In this document: piece by piece, positions 39,076-48,536 of the stretch
Layout: the number at the start of each line of letters is the position of its first letter
Position numbering within the stretch: position 1 is the stretch's first letter
NCBI GenBank assembly: GCA_021771575.1
Contig: JAETOX010000003.1
Coordinates: 10,550 to 74,549, forward strand
From: Bacteroides sp.
GTDB lineage: Bacteria > Bacteroidota > Bacteroidia > Bacteroidales > Marinifilaceae
Reading direction: 5' to 3'
DNA length: 64,000 nucleotides
Translations under genes and position numbers: made by a program
The notes under the pieces: model-generated
Databases searched by the model: none
Told to the model about the DNA's origin: nothing
The model's input: the letters and a program-made list of their open reading frames with translations, nothing else

Positions 39076-39083
39076 CAAATATA
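39076..39083 (-). promoter_or_regulatory. -7 box for ileS
   Basis: TATATTTG on minus, 46 nt before the ileS ATG. Confidence 0.5.
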
Positions 39084-39117
39084 TTGTTTTTGAATGAAAA
39101 ATGATAGACATTCTTGT

Positions 39118-40377
39118 TTAATTGTCACTTACCACAAAGCGGGCGGTCAGTCGGCTCCGTTGTTCAACCAGGATATGTTTGTCGTGAGTCAGTCGTTCGA
39201 TGACCTCTTCGTTGTAATGGCGAATGGTGAGTAACCGGACGTTTTTATTATACAATACTTCGTATTCATCATGGAGTTCGTTGATGAAATTTTCGAATAT
39301 CGCTTCGTTATTATCGATGCAAAATGAAAACGTGATGGCTGAATTTTGCATCAGATTCAAGCGTAGCCGGTATTTGGCTAAAGTGGCGAAAATCCGGCTC
39401 AGCTTTTCTTCTGCGATAAAAGAAAAATCCCGGGGAGATAAAGTCAGTAACAATTGATCCCCTTTATCGATATAGATGGGGGGTAATTTAAGCTTTTCGT
39501 CCAGTTCGCGGATCACCGAACCATGGCTTTCCGGATAGAGAAAAGAACGGACATAAAGTGGAATACCTTTGTTTTGTAAAGGCTTGATCGTCTTCGGGTG
39601 GATCACTTTTGCTCCGCAATTCGAGAGCTCAATGGCTTCCTTATAGGAGAGCTTGCTGATGATCTCCGTGTTTTCGTAAAGTTTAGGATCGGCATTCATA
39701 ATACCGGGCACATCTTTCCAGATCGTTACGTCTTCGGCATTCAGCATATTGGCCAGGATTGCAGCTGTATAATCCGATCCTTCACGTCCCAGTGTGGTGG
39801 TTTGATTAGTCGTCGTACCGGCAATGAATCCTTGGGTGATATACATGAATGTATCCTGGAAGGTAAACGTTTTCCGGCATAATTGTGCCGAAAGGTCAGG
39901 ATTGACGCAGGCATTCCGGTAATTCTGATCAGTAATCAGGCATTTCCGGATGTCTATAAATTTGACTTTCCGGCCTTGTTTTTCCAAATAAGTAGAAACG
40001 ATGGTTGTAGAAAGTAATTCGCCGAAACAAATAATCCGGTCGTATTCATAATCATAACAAAGGGACGGTTCACTGTTCAATATTGTTTCGAGTTCTTCGT
40101 AAAGAGCCTCGATCCGGCTACGAATATCCTGATCCGCCGCACCGAACAGGTCCCGGATAATTTGTTCATGAAAATCTTTTATATTTTGGAAAGCTTGTGC
40201 CGTTTCTCCGGTCTTTCCATAATAAGAATTGCATAAAATTTCCAGCGCATCAGTCATTTTACCCATGGCAGACACGACAATAATGAGGTTTTCGCGTTGG
40301 GTATTAATAATTTTAAATAGATTTTTTACACCTTCTGCGTCCTTTACGGATGCTCCACCAAACTTATATACGTTCAT
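39118..40377 (-). CDS. lysC: Aspartate kinase
   Basis: VYKFGGASV, VVSAMGK, FGELLS, TTTLGREGSDYTA, WKDVPG, KVIHPKT. Confidence 0.93.
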   Translation of the reverse strand: MNVYKFGGASVKDAEGVKNLFKIINTQRENLIIVVSAMGKMTDALEILCNSYYGKTGETAQAFQNIKDFHEQIIRDLFGAADQDIRSRIEALYEELETILNSEPSLCYDYEYDRIICFGELLSTTIVSTYLEKQGRKVKFIDIRKCLITDQNYRNACVNPDLSAQLCRKTFTFQDTFMYITQGFIAGTTTNQTTTLGREGSDYTAAILANMLNAEDVTIWKDVPGIMNADPKLYENTEIISKLSYKEAIELSNCGAKVIHPKTIKPLQNKGIPLYVRSFLYPESHGSVIRELDEKLKLPPIYIDKGDQLLLTLSPRDFSFIAEEKLSRIFATLAKYRLRLNLMQNSAITFSFCIDNNEAIFENFINELHDEYEVLYNKNVRLLTIRHYNEEVIERLTHDKHILVEQRSRLTARFVVSDN

Positions 40378-40514
40378 TGCGTTAAAATTAAAAATACATT
40401 CGGATCGTATTTCAAAGGGCGCTAATTTAGATATTTATTTGTAATAAGAGAATAGATCAGTCATGAAAGTTTCGGATTTAGTCGAAAACGTTTGGGTATT
40501 ATGATTTATCGTTT

Positions 40515-40522
40515 TATCTTTG
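40515..40522 (+). promoter_or_regulatory. -7 box for the fbp-acyl-CoA synthetase operon
   Basis: TATCTTTG, 28 nt before the fbp ATG. Confidence 0.6.
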
Positions 40523-40550
40523 CATTTACTAACAAAAAGAATCTGAATCA

Positions 40551-41564
40551 ATGAATAAAGTAACAACTTTAAATCAGTTTATCATCGAGCAGCAAGCTAG
40601 TGTACCTCAGGCGACGGGTGGTTTTTCCTGTCTGTTACATCATGTAGGCATCGCTGCTAAAAAAGTCAACCGGGAAGTAAATAAAGCCGGGTTGGTAGAT
40701 ATTCTGGGCCGTGCCGGTTCTGAGAATGTTCAGGGTGAAGATCAGCAGAAGCTGGATGTTTATGCTAACGAAACTTTCCTGGCAGAATTGAAAGCCAGTG
40801 GGGAATGTTGTGGAGTAGCTTCAGAGGAAAATCAAGATATCATTGTTTTTGACGACGGATTGAGCCGGGAGGCCAAATACATATTTTGTATGGATCCGCT
40901 GGACGGTTCGTCCAATATCGATGTCAACGTTTCTATCGGTACTATTTTTTCTGTATATCGGCGGAAGTCTGCAGTAGGCGAAACAGCCAATGTCGATGAT
41001 TTCCTGCAACAGGGATGTGAGCAGGTGGCTGCCGGATATGTGATTTACGGGTCGTCTACCATGTTAGTATATACCACCGGAAACGGTGTCAACGGTTTTA
41101 CCCTCGATACTTCGATTGGCGAATTTTGTCTTTCTCACCCGGATATTAAAACACCGGAAAACGGTACGATTTATTCGATCAATGAAGGAAACTACGAGAA
41201 GTTTCCGGTAGGTGTGAAAAAATACATCAAGTATTGTCAGGAGACGGATAAAAAGACCAAACGGCCTTATTCCTCTCGTTATATCGGTTCTTTAGTTGCA
41301 GATTTTCACCGGAATTTATTGAAAGGCGGCATCTTTATCTATCCGGAGACCAATAGCCATCCGGCCGGAAAATTACGTCTGTTATATGAATGCAATCCGA
41401 TCGCTTTTATTGCTGAACAGGCTGGGGGAAGAGCTACCAACGGAGAAAGTCGTATCCTTGAGATGACACCCGGAAGCATTCATGAACGGGTGCCCTTTTA
41501 TACCGGTGCTAAAAACATGATGGACAAAGTGGAAGAATTTTTGCGGTTCTTTAAAAATATATAA
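40551..41564 (+). CDS. fbp: Fructose-1,6-bisphosphatase class I
   Basis: [42 protein letters not shown]. Confidence 0.96.
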   Translation: MNKVTTLNQFIIEQQASVPQATGGFSCLLHHVGIAAKKVNREVNKAGLVDILGRAGSENVQGEDQQKLDVYANETFLAELKASGECCGVASEENQDIIVFDDGLSREAKYIFCMDPLDGSSNIDVNVSIGTIFSVYRRKSAVGETANVDDFLQQGCEQVAAGYVIYGSSTMLVYTTGNGVNGFTLDTSIGEFCLSHPDIKTPENGTIYSINEGNYEKFPVGVKKYIKYCQETDKKTKRPYSSRYIGSLVADFHRNLLKGGIFIYPETNSHPAGKLRLLYECNPIAFIAEQAGGRATNGESRILEMTPGSIHERVPFYTGAKNMMDKVEEFLRFFKNI

Positions 41565-41571
41565 ACAAAAT

Positions 41572-43629
41572 ATGGTAAACAGACAGTTATTGAATCCTTC
41601 CAGTATTGTGGTGGTGGGAGGATCGGACGACATACAGAAACCGGGTGGTAAGGTATTGAAAAACCTGATCGACGGACAGTTTAAAGGTGGACTCTATGTC
41701 GTGAATCCTAAAATGGATGAAGTTCAGGGGATAAAATCATTCCGGGATGTGAAGGATTTGCCCGAGGTGGAATGTGCTATCTTGGCCATTGCGGCAAAAT
41801 ATTGTCCGGCAGCTGTAGAGACTCTGGCAAGAGAAAAGAATACCCGGGCTTTTGTCATTTTGTCAGCCGGGTTCAGTGAAGAAAATGCCGAAGGGAAAGC
41901 TTTGGAAAAACAGATCGTGGACACGATCGATTCTGTGGGCGGTGCTTTGATCGGTCCGAATTGTATCGGTGTATTGACGACGAACTACAATGGTGTATTT
42001 ACGACGCCGATTCCGAAACTCGATCCCCAGGGGGTAGATTTTGTGTCGGGTTCCGGAGCTACTGCTCTGTTTATTATGGATGCCGGGATGCAAAAAGGAG
42101 TGAAATTCTCCAGTGTATTCTCCGTAGGAAATTCTGCTCAGTTGGGAGTAGAGGAGATATTGGAATATTGGGATGAGTCTTTTGATCCGGAAACCAGTTC
42201 CCGTATCAAGTTAATGTATGTCGAGAGTATCGATAAACCGGAGAAATTGTTGAAACATGCTTCGTCTTTAATTCGCAAAGGTTGTCGGATCGCTGCTATC
42301 AAGTCTGGAGGTTCGGCTGCTGGTAGCCGGGCGGCTTCATCGCATACCGGTGCGTTGGCCAGCTCGGATGTCGCTGTGGAAGCTTTGTTCCGGAAGGCCG
42401 GAATTGTACGGTGTAACGGACGGGATGAATTGGCGACCGTTGCCGCTATTTTCAGCTATCCCGAATTGAAAGGCAAGAATATGGCTATCGTTACGCATGC
42501 TGGTGGACCTGCTGTAATGCTGACCGACGCCCTGTCAGACGGCGGTATGGAAATTCCGCATCTGGAAGGACCGAAAGCACAGGCTTTATTGGAAAAACTG
42601 TTTAACGGTTCTTCTGTCGGAAATCCGATCGACTTTTTAGCTACTGGAACGGCAGAGCAGTTGGGTGTTATTCTGGATGCCTGCAATCAGGATTTTGAAA
42701 ACATCGACGGTATTGCCGTGATCTTCGGTAGTCCGGGGCTTTTTCCTGTATTTGACGTCTACGAAGTATTGCGTCAGAAAATAGCTACTTCTCCCAAGCC
42801 GATTTATCCGATTTTCCCGTCTTCTATGGTGGTGAAAGAAGAGATCGATGAGTTTGTAAGAAAAGGAGGGGTATATTTCCCCTATGAGGTAAATTTTGGA
42901 AATGCTTTATGCAAGGTTTTCCATACTCCGGCCCCGCAGCCTGCAGTTCCGGAATTGCCGGTTGTCGACGAAGCTCGCATTCGGGCAGTGGTAGATAAAG
43001 CGGAAAACGGTTATCTAGCCCCTGAACAGATCCATGAATTGTTGGATGCTGCCGGTATTGCCCGGGCGAAAGAAGGGGTTGCCGATACGGAAGAAGATAT
43101 CGTGGCACTGGCGAAGTCTATCGGTTTCCCGTTAGTAATGAAAGTCGTTGGTCCGGTACACAAATCCGATGTAGGAGGTGTGACTCTCAATGTCCGGGAT
43201 GAAGTTACGGTACGCAGCGAATTCCGGCGGATGATGCAGATCAAGGATACGCATGCCGTTATGCTGGCTCAGCAATTGTCCGGTACGGAAGTATTTATCG
43301 GAGCAAAACGGGAACCGAAATTTGGACACATGGTATTGTGCGGACTAGGAGGAATCTTTATCGAGGTATTGAAGGATGTGAAAGCTGGGTTGGCACCGAT
43401 TGCTGAGTCCGAAGCACTTTCAATGATCCGTGGATTAAAATCGTATAAGATCATTCAGGGAGTTCGGGGCCAAGAACCGGTGAACGAACTGAAATTCGCC
43501 GAAGCGGTTGCCCGGGTATCTATGCTGGTAAAAGCAGCGCCTGAGATTTTTGAAATGGACTTGAATCCGCTGCTGGGAAATAAAGACAATGTAGTGGCGG
43601 TGGATGCCCGCATCCGTATCGAGAAATAG
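41572..43629 (+). CDS. ADP-forming acyl-CoA synthetase (acetate--CoA ligase family, alpha-beta fusion)
   Basis: CoA-binding N-terminus, SAGFSE, IGPNCIG, phospho-His ASSHTGALA, NPIDF, ATP-grasp HKSDVGGV, KFGHMVLCGLGG, DLNPL. Confidence 0.92.
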   Translation: MVNRQLLNPSSIVVVGGSDDIQKPGGKVLKNLIDGQFKGGLYVVNPKMDEVQGIKSFRDVKDLPEVECAILAIAAKYCPAAVETLAREKNTRAFVILSAGFSEENAEGKALEKQIVDTIDSVGGALIGPNCIGVLTTNYNGVFTTPIPKLDPQGVDFVSGSGATALFIMDAGMQKGVKFSSVFSVGNSAQLGVEEILEYWDESFDPETSSRIKLMYVESIDKPEKLLKHASSLIRKGCRIAAIKSGGSAAGSRAASSHTGALASSDVAVEALFRKAGIVRCNGRDELATVAAIFSYPELKGKNMAIVTHAGGPAVMLTDALSDGGMEIPHLEGPKAQALLEKLFNGSSVGNPIDFLATGTAEQLGVILDACNQDFENIDGIAVIFGSPGLFPVFDVYEVLRQKIATSPKPIYPIFPSSMVVKEEIDEFVRKGGVYFPYEVNFGNALCKVFHTPAPQPAVPELPVVDEARIRAVVDKAENGYLAPEQIHELLDAAGIARAKEGVADTEEDIVALAKSIGFPLVMKVVGPVHKSDVGGVTLNVRDEVTVRSEFRRMMQIKDTHAVMLAQQLSGTEVFIGAKREPKFGHMVLCGLGGIFIEVLKDVKAGLAPIAESEALSMIRGLKSYKIIQGVRGQEPVNELKFAEAVARVSMLVKAAPEIFEMDLNPLLGNKDNVVAVDARIRIEK

Positions 43630-43633
43630 ATAT

Positions 43634-43710
43634 AATGTACTAATGTGCCAATGTACTAATGTACCAATGAAGGGTGCACTATTATGGGTACATTGGTACA
43701 TTTGCACATT
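43634..43710. repeat. Octamer tandem plus inverted array (AATGT[A/G]C[C/T])
   Basis: AATGTACT AATGTGCC AATGTACT AATGTACC AATG (43634-43669), then reverse-complement units GGTACATT GGTACATT TGCACATT (43687-43710). Confidence 0.9.
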
Positions 43711-43724
43711 GTAATAACTGAATT

Positions 43725-44432
43725 ATGAAGAAACAGGATTTTGTATTTATACTGGGGGTAGCGGTTTTGCTGTTACCCTTTTTTATCTTTGAGCCGGTTT
43801 ATCGCTGGTATCATACTTTCAATGCGGCTCATGGGATGATGATGAGTTTCCTTAAATTTGCCTTGTTGTCGACTTTAGGCGAAATAATCGGGTTGCGGAT
43901 CAGTGCGGGCGTGTATTGTCGGAAAGGGTTTGGGATCTTGCCGCGGATGCTCGTCTGGGGCGTGTTGGGCATGGGCATCAATATGGCGATGATCATTTTT
44001 TCCAATGGTACTCCGGCCTTTTTGCAATACCTTGGCATGTCCGAAGCTCCGGCAATTTTTCATGCTCCGGGTTTAAGCTGGCCGAAAGTATTGGTGGCTT
44101 TTGCCGTTTCCGTGAGTATGAATACCATTTTTGCACCAGTGTTTATGACTTTACATAAGATCACGGATACCCATATTTTGGCTACGGGCGGAACGTTATC
44201 GGGCTTTTTTACGCCTATCCCCATGCGCAAAATTATGATGGGTCTGAACTGGGGGGTGTTGTGGGGATTTGTCTTCAAGAAGACGATACCGCTTTTCTGG
44301 TTTCCTGCACATACCCTAACCTTTTTGCTGCCTGGCAATATGCGGGTGTTGTGTGCAGCCTTGCTGGGAGTTGTGTTGGGAATTTTATTGGCTGTCGCTG
44401 CCCGGAAAGGGGAAGCTCCCGCCAAAAGTTAA
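43725..44432 (+). CDS. Integral membrane protein, Mpv17/PMP22-like
   Basis: 235 aa with several TMs. C-terminal FWFPAHTLTFLLPGNMRVLCAALL resembles the Mpv17/PMP22 W-x-P-x3-F-x2-P-x3-R-V pattern (recognition, not search). Confidence 0.6.
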   Translation: MKKQDFVFILGVAVLLLPFFIFEPVYRWYHTFNAAHGMMMSFLKFALLSTLGEIIGLRISAGVYCRKGFGILPRMLVWGVLGMGINMAMIIFSNGTPAFLQYLGMSEAPAIFHAPGLSWPKVLVAFAVSVSMNTIFAPVFMTLHKITDTHILATGGTLSGFFTPIPMRKIMMGLNWGVLWGFVFKKTIPLFWFPAHTLTFLLPGNMRVLCAALLGVVLGILLAVAARKGEAPAKS

Positions 44433-44723
44433 TAAAGTTCAAAGTGGACTGGGAGAGGGGCAGGGTGTTGGCGGAAAAACGCGGCATATTTTCAATATAA
44501 AATATATTCGGGAGTGCTCCAATTTTTTGACTGATCTGCTGTTGTGTCGGACACAATTGCCGGTTTGATGTCCAAAGGTTTTCTTCCCGAAAATGGGAAG
44601 AAATACACGGGACGTATTCTTGTTGGCTGTGAGCATTTCAGTTTGGTGGTAGGAAATCCTTGTCGGATGGTACGGAAAATCAATTAGAACCGGGGCGATG
44701 CTCTAAATCTGCTGAAAAAATAG

Positions 44724-44731
44724 TAACTTTG
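44724..44731 (+). promoter_or_regulatory. -7 box for the rpn gene
   Basis: TAACTTTG, 34 nt before the ATG. Confidence 0.55.
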
Positions 44732-44765
44732 TTAGCAAAGTGAAACCTCCTAAAAATAGTTTGCC

Positions 44766-45638
44766 ATGAAATACCTCGATCCCAAGGCCGACCTGACTTT
44801 TAAGAAAGTCTTCGGTGAGCATCCCGATCTGGTGATCAGCCTGCTCAATGCATTGCTGCCCTTTTCGCCAGAAGAGGTGATTACAGATGTAGAATACCTG
44901 ACGCCGGAGATGGTACCCGAGAATCCTTTCCGCAAAAACAGTATTGTAGATGTACGTTGCCGGGATAGTCGTGGACGACAGTATATTGTTGAGATGCAAA
45001 TGGTGTGGTCGCCGGAGTTCGAACAGCGTGTGCTGTTCAATGCCTCGAAAGCATACGTCCGGCAAGCGGAGGCGGGGAAAGAGTATGAACTGTTGCAGCC
45101 GGTATATTCGCTGAATCTTGTTAATCAGATTTATGAACCACAGATGAAGGAATATTATCATTATTATCGCATGGTGCACATGGAGCATACCGAAAAGGTG
45201 ATCGACGGTTTACACCTGGTGTTCCTCGAACTGCCGAAGTTCACTCCCCATACTTACACTGAAAAGAAAATGCAGGTGCTGTGGCTTCGCTACTTGACGG
45301 AGATTAACGAGCAAACCCATGAAGTGCCCGCTGAATTACTTGCCCATCCGGAGATTAAAAAAGCGGTGGAACAGTTGCAGGAATCGGCTTTTACGCCAGA
45401 ACAATTACTGGGGTACGAGAAATTCTGGGATATTATCAGTGTGGAACGGACCCTCTTTAGCAGTGGTAAACGTGAAGGATTAGCCGAAGGATTGGAAAAA
45501 GGATTGGAGCAAGGACTAGCGGAAGGAGAACGCCGCAAGCAATATGAGATTGCCCGTAAGGCTAAGCAAAAGGGGATACCCGTGGCGGATATTGCCGAGC
45601 TTACCGGGTTGCCCGAAGAGGAGATTCAAGCATTGTAG
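44766..45638 (+). CDS. Rpn family recombination-promoting nuclease (PD-(D/E)XK 'putative transposase')
   Basis: LDPKADLTFKKVFG, SIVDVRC, IVEMQ, RVLFNASKAYVRQ, FLELPKF, EG-repeat, C-terminal IAELTGLPEEEI. Confidence 0.92.
   Translation: MKYLDPKADLTFKKVFGEHPDLVISLLNALLPFSPEEVITDVEYLTPEMVPENPFRKNSIVDVRCRDSRGRQYIVEMQMVWSPEFEQRVLFNASKAYVRQAEAGKEYELLQPVYSLNLVNQIYEPQMKEYYHYYRMVHMEHTEKVIDGLHLVFLELPKFTPHTYTEKKMQVLWLRYLTEINEQTHEVPAELLAHPEIKKAVEQLQESAFTPEQLLGYEKFWDIISVERTLFSSGKREGLAEGLEKGLEQGLAEGERRKQYEIARKAKQKGIPVADIAELTGLPEEEIQAL
45474..45527 (+). repeat. 12-nt coding tandem repeat in the rpn C-terminus (xGLx units)
   Basis: GAAGGATTAGCC GAAGGATTGGAA AAAGGATTGGAG CAAGGACTAGCG GAAGGA. Confidence 0.85.
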
Positions 45639-45947
45639 CACATCTTAAAGAGATAATTGCCCGGTTTCGAGCTGGGCATGTAACCATTTTCCCTTTACTG
45701 CCGGCGATATGCCTAAGGGCGAAGTCTAGGTTCGCCAGCAATGAAGGAAAGTATTAGCGGATCGCCCCTATTCCCAAAGATGGTAAAGAATAAAACAATA
45801 TTCCTACCTATTGATAGCTTCAGCTATTAAAAATGAGTACATTCGGTTCGGTTAGCTGGGCTGGTATATGTAGGGAAAGACGGGAGAAACAAAATCGGGT
45901 ATAATTCGTATCGGTATGCAGAGAGAAACAGAATAATACTCGGTTTT

Positions 45948-46559
45948 ATGGAAAAAGAACAGACTGAACAACAGCCCAATTTTCAGCTAAAAGCTGATAT
46001 GGAAGGCAATTATTTGATCGATAAGGAATATAAACCTAAAAAACAGGTGGGGATATTTTATGCTCCTTCGGGAGGAAGTGTACATAAGGTAGCTCGTTTA
46101 CTCAAACAAAAGCTGGCTGATTTTACTCCGGATTTATTTGTGCTTTCCGAAGTAATCCCTTCAACTATGTTGGAATATCGGACGCTGGTGCTGGTGTGTT
46201 CCACTTTGGGGCGGAATACTTGGGAAATGGAGCAGAAGGATCCCTGGTCGTCATTTTTACCCCGGATGCAACGTCTTCGACTTCAGGGAAGGAAGGTGGC
46301 TATTGTGGGATTAGGTGATCATGTCAGTTATCCGAATAATTTTGTCGATGGTATGGGGATATTAGCCGATATTGTCGAAAAATTGGGGGGACGGCTAATC
46401 GGGGAAACAGAAACCCGGGATTATGTTTTTAATGATTCCAGGGCATTACGTGGCGAGAAGTTTATCGGACTGCCCCTTGACGAGGATTATGAGGCTGATA
46501 AGACAGAGGAGAGGATAAACCGCTGGTTGAAAAATATTTTACCGGAACTGTCGGATTGA
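45948..46559 (+). CDS. Flavodoxin-like protein (long-chain type, divergent)
   Basis: VGIFY..., LQGRKVAIVGLGDHVSYPNNFVDGMG, FNDSRA, FIGLPLDED, TEERINRWL. Confidence 0.82.
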   Translation: MEKEQTEQQPNFQLKADMEGNYLIDKEYKPKKQVGIFYAPSGGSVHKVARLLKQKLADFTPDLFVLSEVIPSTMLEYRTLVLVCSTLGRNTWEMEQKDPWSSFLPRMQRLRLQGRKVAIVGLGDHVSYPNNFVDGMGILADIVEKLGGRLIGETETRDYVFNDSRALRGEKFIGLPLDEDYEADKTEERINRWLKNILPELSD

Positions 46560-46664
46560 CCAAATTCATCTTTTCTGCTTATTTTCGATTGCCAATCCTT
46601 GTCTTTTCTTAATTTGGGTGGATGGAAAATAATTTTTAAACTTGCAAGTTAGAATAGAAATGAC

Positions 46665-47261
46665 TTGGGGCAAATGATACCGAAGCAAGAGGACGATCTT
46701 TTGAAAGCCGTGTCGAAAGGTGATGAAGAAGCTTTCCACCGGCTTTTCGATATTTGGTATAAACCGATGTGTGTATATGCCATGAACTATATCGATTCGT
46801 TCGATGATGCCGAGGATATTGCTCAAAATATCCTGGCTCGTTTTTGGATAAAGTATTCCAAGGAAAATTTTACAGGTTCATTGAAAGGCTATCTGTTCGC
46901 TGCAGTTCAGTATGATTGTATAAGGGTACTTCGCCGGCAAAAACGGAGGGTGAATGAGGAACAATGGAGGCCGGAAAGCGGAATCGGAAAGCAGGGAGGC
47001 CAATGGACCGAGTTGCCTGAAGACTTTGGAGAAGAAATGTACGATGAGGAAGCTTATCGTCGACTTATGGAAGAAATCGATAAATTGCCCGATCAGGCTC
47101 GTCGTATTTTTATTGCGGTTGTCCTCGAAGATAAAAAATACAAGGAAGTAGCCGCTATGCTCGGTATTTCCGTAAATACCGTAAAGACCCAATTATCTCG
47201 TTCCCTTCGGCGTTTGAGAGGGTCAATCGGCCTTATTATCTCGATTTTACTTGCTTCTTAG
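46665..47261 (+). CDS. ECF sigma-70 factor
   Basis: DAEDIAQNILARFW, LKGYLF, KLPDQARRIF, KYKEVAAMLGISVNTVKTQLSR. Confidence 0.93.
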   Translation: MGQMIPKQEDDLLKAVSKGDEEAFHRLFDIWYKPMCVYAMNYIDSFDDAEDIAQNILARFWIKYSKENFTGSLKGYLFAAVQYDCIRVLRRQKRRVNEEQWRPESGIGKQGGQWTELPEDFGEEMYDEEAYRRLMEEIDKLPDQARRIFIAVVLEDKKYKEVAAMLGISVNTVKTQLSRSLRRLRGSIGLIISILLAS

Positions 47262-47288
47262 ATAATGGATCAATGATTTTACAATTTT

Positions 47289-47316
47289 CATTGGCACATT
47301 AGTACATGAGTACATT
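47289..47316 (-). repeat. Degenerate copy of the octamer array
   Basis: CATT GGCACATT AGTACATG AGTACATT, the reverse complement of the AATGT[A/G]C[C/T] units seen at 43634. Confidence 0.65.
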
Positions 47317-47336
47317 AATGAAAGTTTTTTCGTTTT

Positions 47337-47346
47337 TTGTCACCCT
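47337..47346 (+). promoter_or_regulatory. TTGTCACCCT box upstream of fecR 2
   Basis: Identical to 27059-27068. Confidence 0.5.
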
Positions 47347-47389
47347 TTTTTTGTCTTGCCTACTTCCGGTAATAAAAGCATACTGAAAA

Positions 47390-48529
47390 ATGGAACATGA
47401 TCAGGAAATCATACGCTGGTTGACAGCATGGTTGGAAGACCCTTTTGGGACGGAAAAGGATCCTGTATTTCGGACTTTTTGGCAACAGGAATCGAATCGA
47501 AAAAATTTCGATAAAATGTTGAAAAATTACCGGAAAGCGAGAAAGATAGTCCTTTGCCATCGCATAAGCGAAGAGGTAGCTTGGGAAAAAACCATGCAAA
47601 AAGTCCGTCGTCAAAAGCGTCTCGCTCATGTATACCGTTTGGCAGTAGCTACGGCGGTCGCAGCCGTGCTTGCCCTGGGTATTTTTATTCACTGGCCGGA
47701 ACGGCAACCCAATTCCGATTTATTGGTAGCTGTGGCCGGTCTGCACAAAGCCTTCATCCAGACTGAGGACGGGCAGGAATATTTCTTGTCGGATACGACC
47801 AGAAAAATTGTTTCCGCTTTTTCCGGGGTGGACATCGTTGTCGACTCCAATAAAAACGTGCGGTACGTGGTCAAAGATTCTGCCCGGTTTGCCTATCGTA
47901 GGAATACTTTAGTAATTCCTCGTGGCGGATTTTATTCTATTGTTTTGTCGGACGGCAGTAAAATCAAACTGAATGCTGAATCCCGTCTGACCTATCCTGT
48001 TGTATTTACCGGACAGGAGAGAGTTGTATGGTTGACAGGAGAGGCTTATTTCGAAGTAGCAGCGAATGCCGAACAGCCTTTCCGGGTGATTTGTGGGACC
48101 AGGGAGGTCGTGGTAACCGGGACAAAATTCAATATTTCCACTTATACGGGTGAAATGTGTGCAACCCTTAATGAAGGGATCGTTACTGTGTTCAATGGTC
48201 GACAACGTCAACGCCTGCAACCGGGTGAGCAAGCTGTGGTGTCGGATGAAGAGATTCAGGTGCAGCAGGTGGAAACTTCGTTGTATACCGCTTGGGTGGA
48301 AGGGAAATTTGTTTTCGACAATGCCCGTTTGGAAGATATTGTGAAGACCCTCACTCGTTGGTATGATGTAGAATTCGAATTTACCGATCCCAGCCTGAAG
48401 GAGCTGACTTTTTCTTTATCCGCTCCTTGTGATGAAAACCTGTTGTTTATTGTCAAACTGTTGGAAGGGGTGTCTTCCGCTCATTTCCAGACTGAAGGAA
48501 AGAAGATTGAAATTTCGGCTGTGTACTAA
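47390..48529 (+). CDS. FecR-family anti-sigma factor
   Basis: Single TM, IPRGGFYSIVLSDGSKIKLNAESRL, GEAYFEV, TGTKFNI, AWVEGKFVFD. Confidence 0.94.
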   Translation: MEHDQEIIRWLTAWLEDPFGTEKDPVFRTFWQQESNRKNFDKMLKNYRKARKIVLCHRISEEVAWEKTMQKVRRQKRLAHVYRLAVATAVAAVLALGIFIHWPERQPNSDLLVAVAGLHKAFIQTEDGQEYFLSDTTRKIVSAFSGVDIVVDSNKNVRYVVKDSARFAYRRNTLVIPRGGFYSIVLSDGSKIKLNAESRLTYPVVFTGQERVVWLTGEAYFEVAANAEQPFRVICGTREVVVTGTKFNISTYTGEMCATLNEGIVTVFNGRQRQRLQPGEQAVVSDEEIQVQQVETSLYTAWVEGKFVFDNARLEDIVKTLTRWYDVEFEFTDPSLKELTFSLSAPCDENLLFIVKLLEGVSSAHFQTEGKKIEISAVY

Positions 48530-48536
48530 AATAAAA

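Noticed and set aside
43634-43710. CRISPR array
   Set aside because: Units are 8 nt with no unique spacers and no cas genes nearby.
44451-44467. FMN riboswitch or GGGAGAGGG-type REP element (GGGAGAGGGGCAGGGTG)
   Set aside because: Only a short purine-rich match, with no GAAATTCCC continuation and no complementary CCCTCTCCC arm.
44766-45638. Active IS element
   Set aside because: Often annotated 'putative transposase', but no terminal inverted repeats, target-site duplication or DDE/HUH motifs are visible. Kept as an Rpn nuclease CDS.
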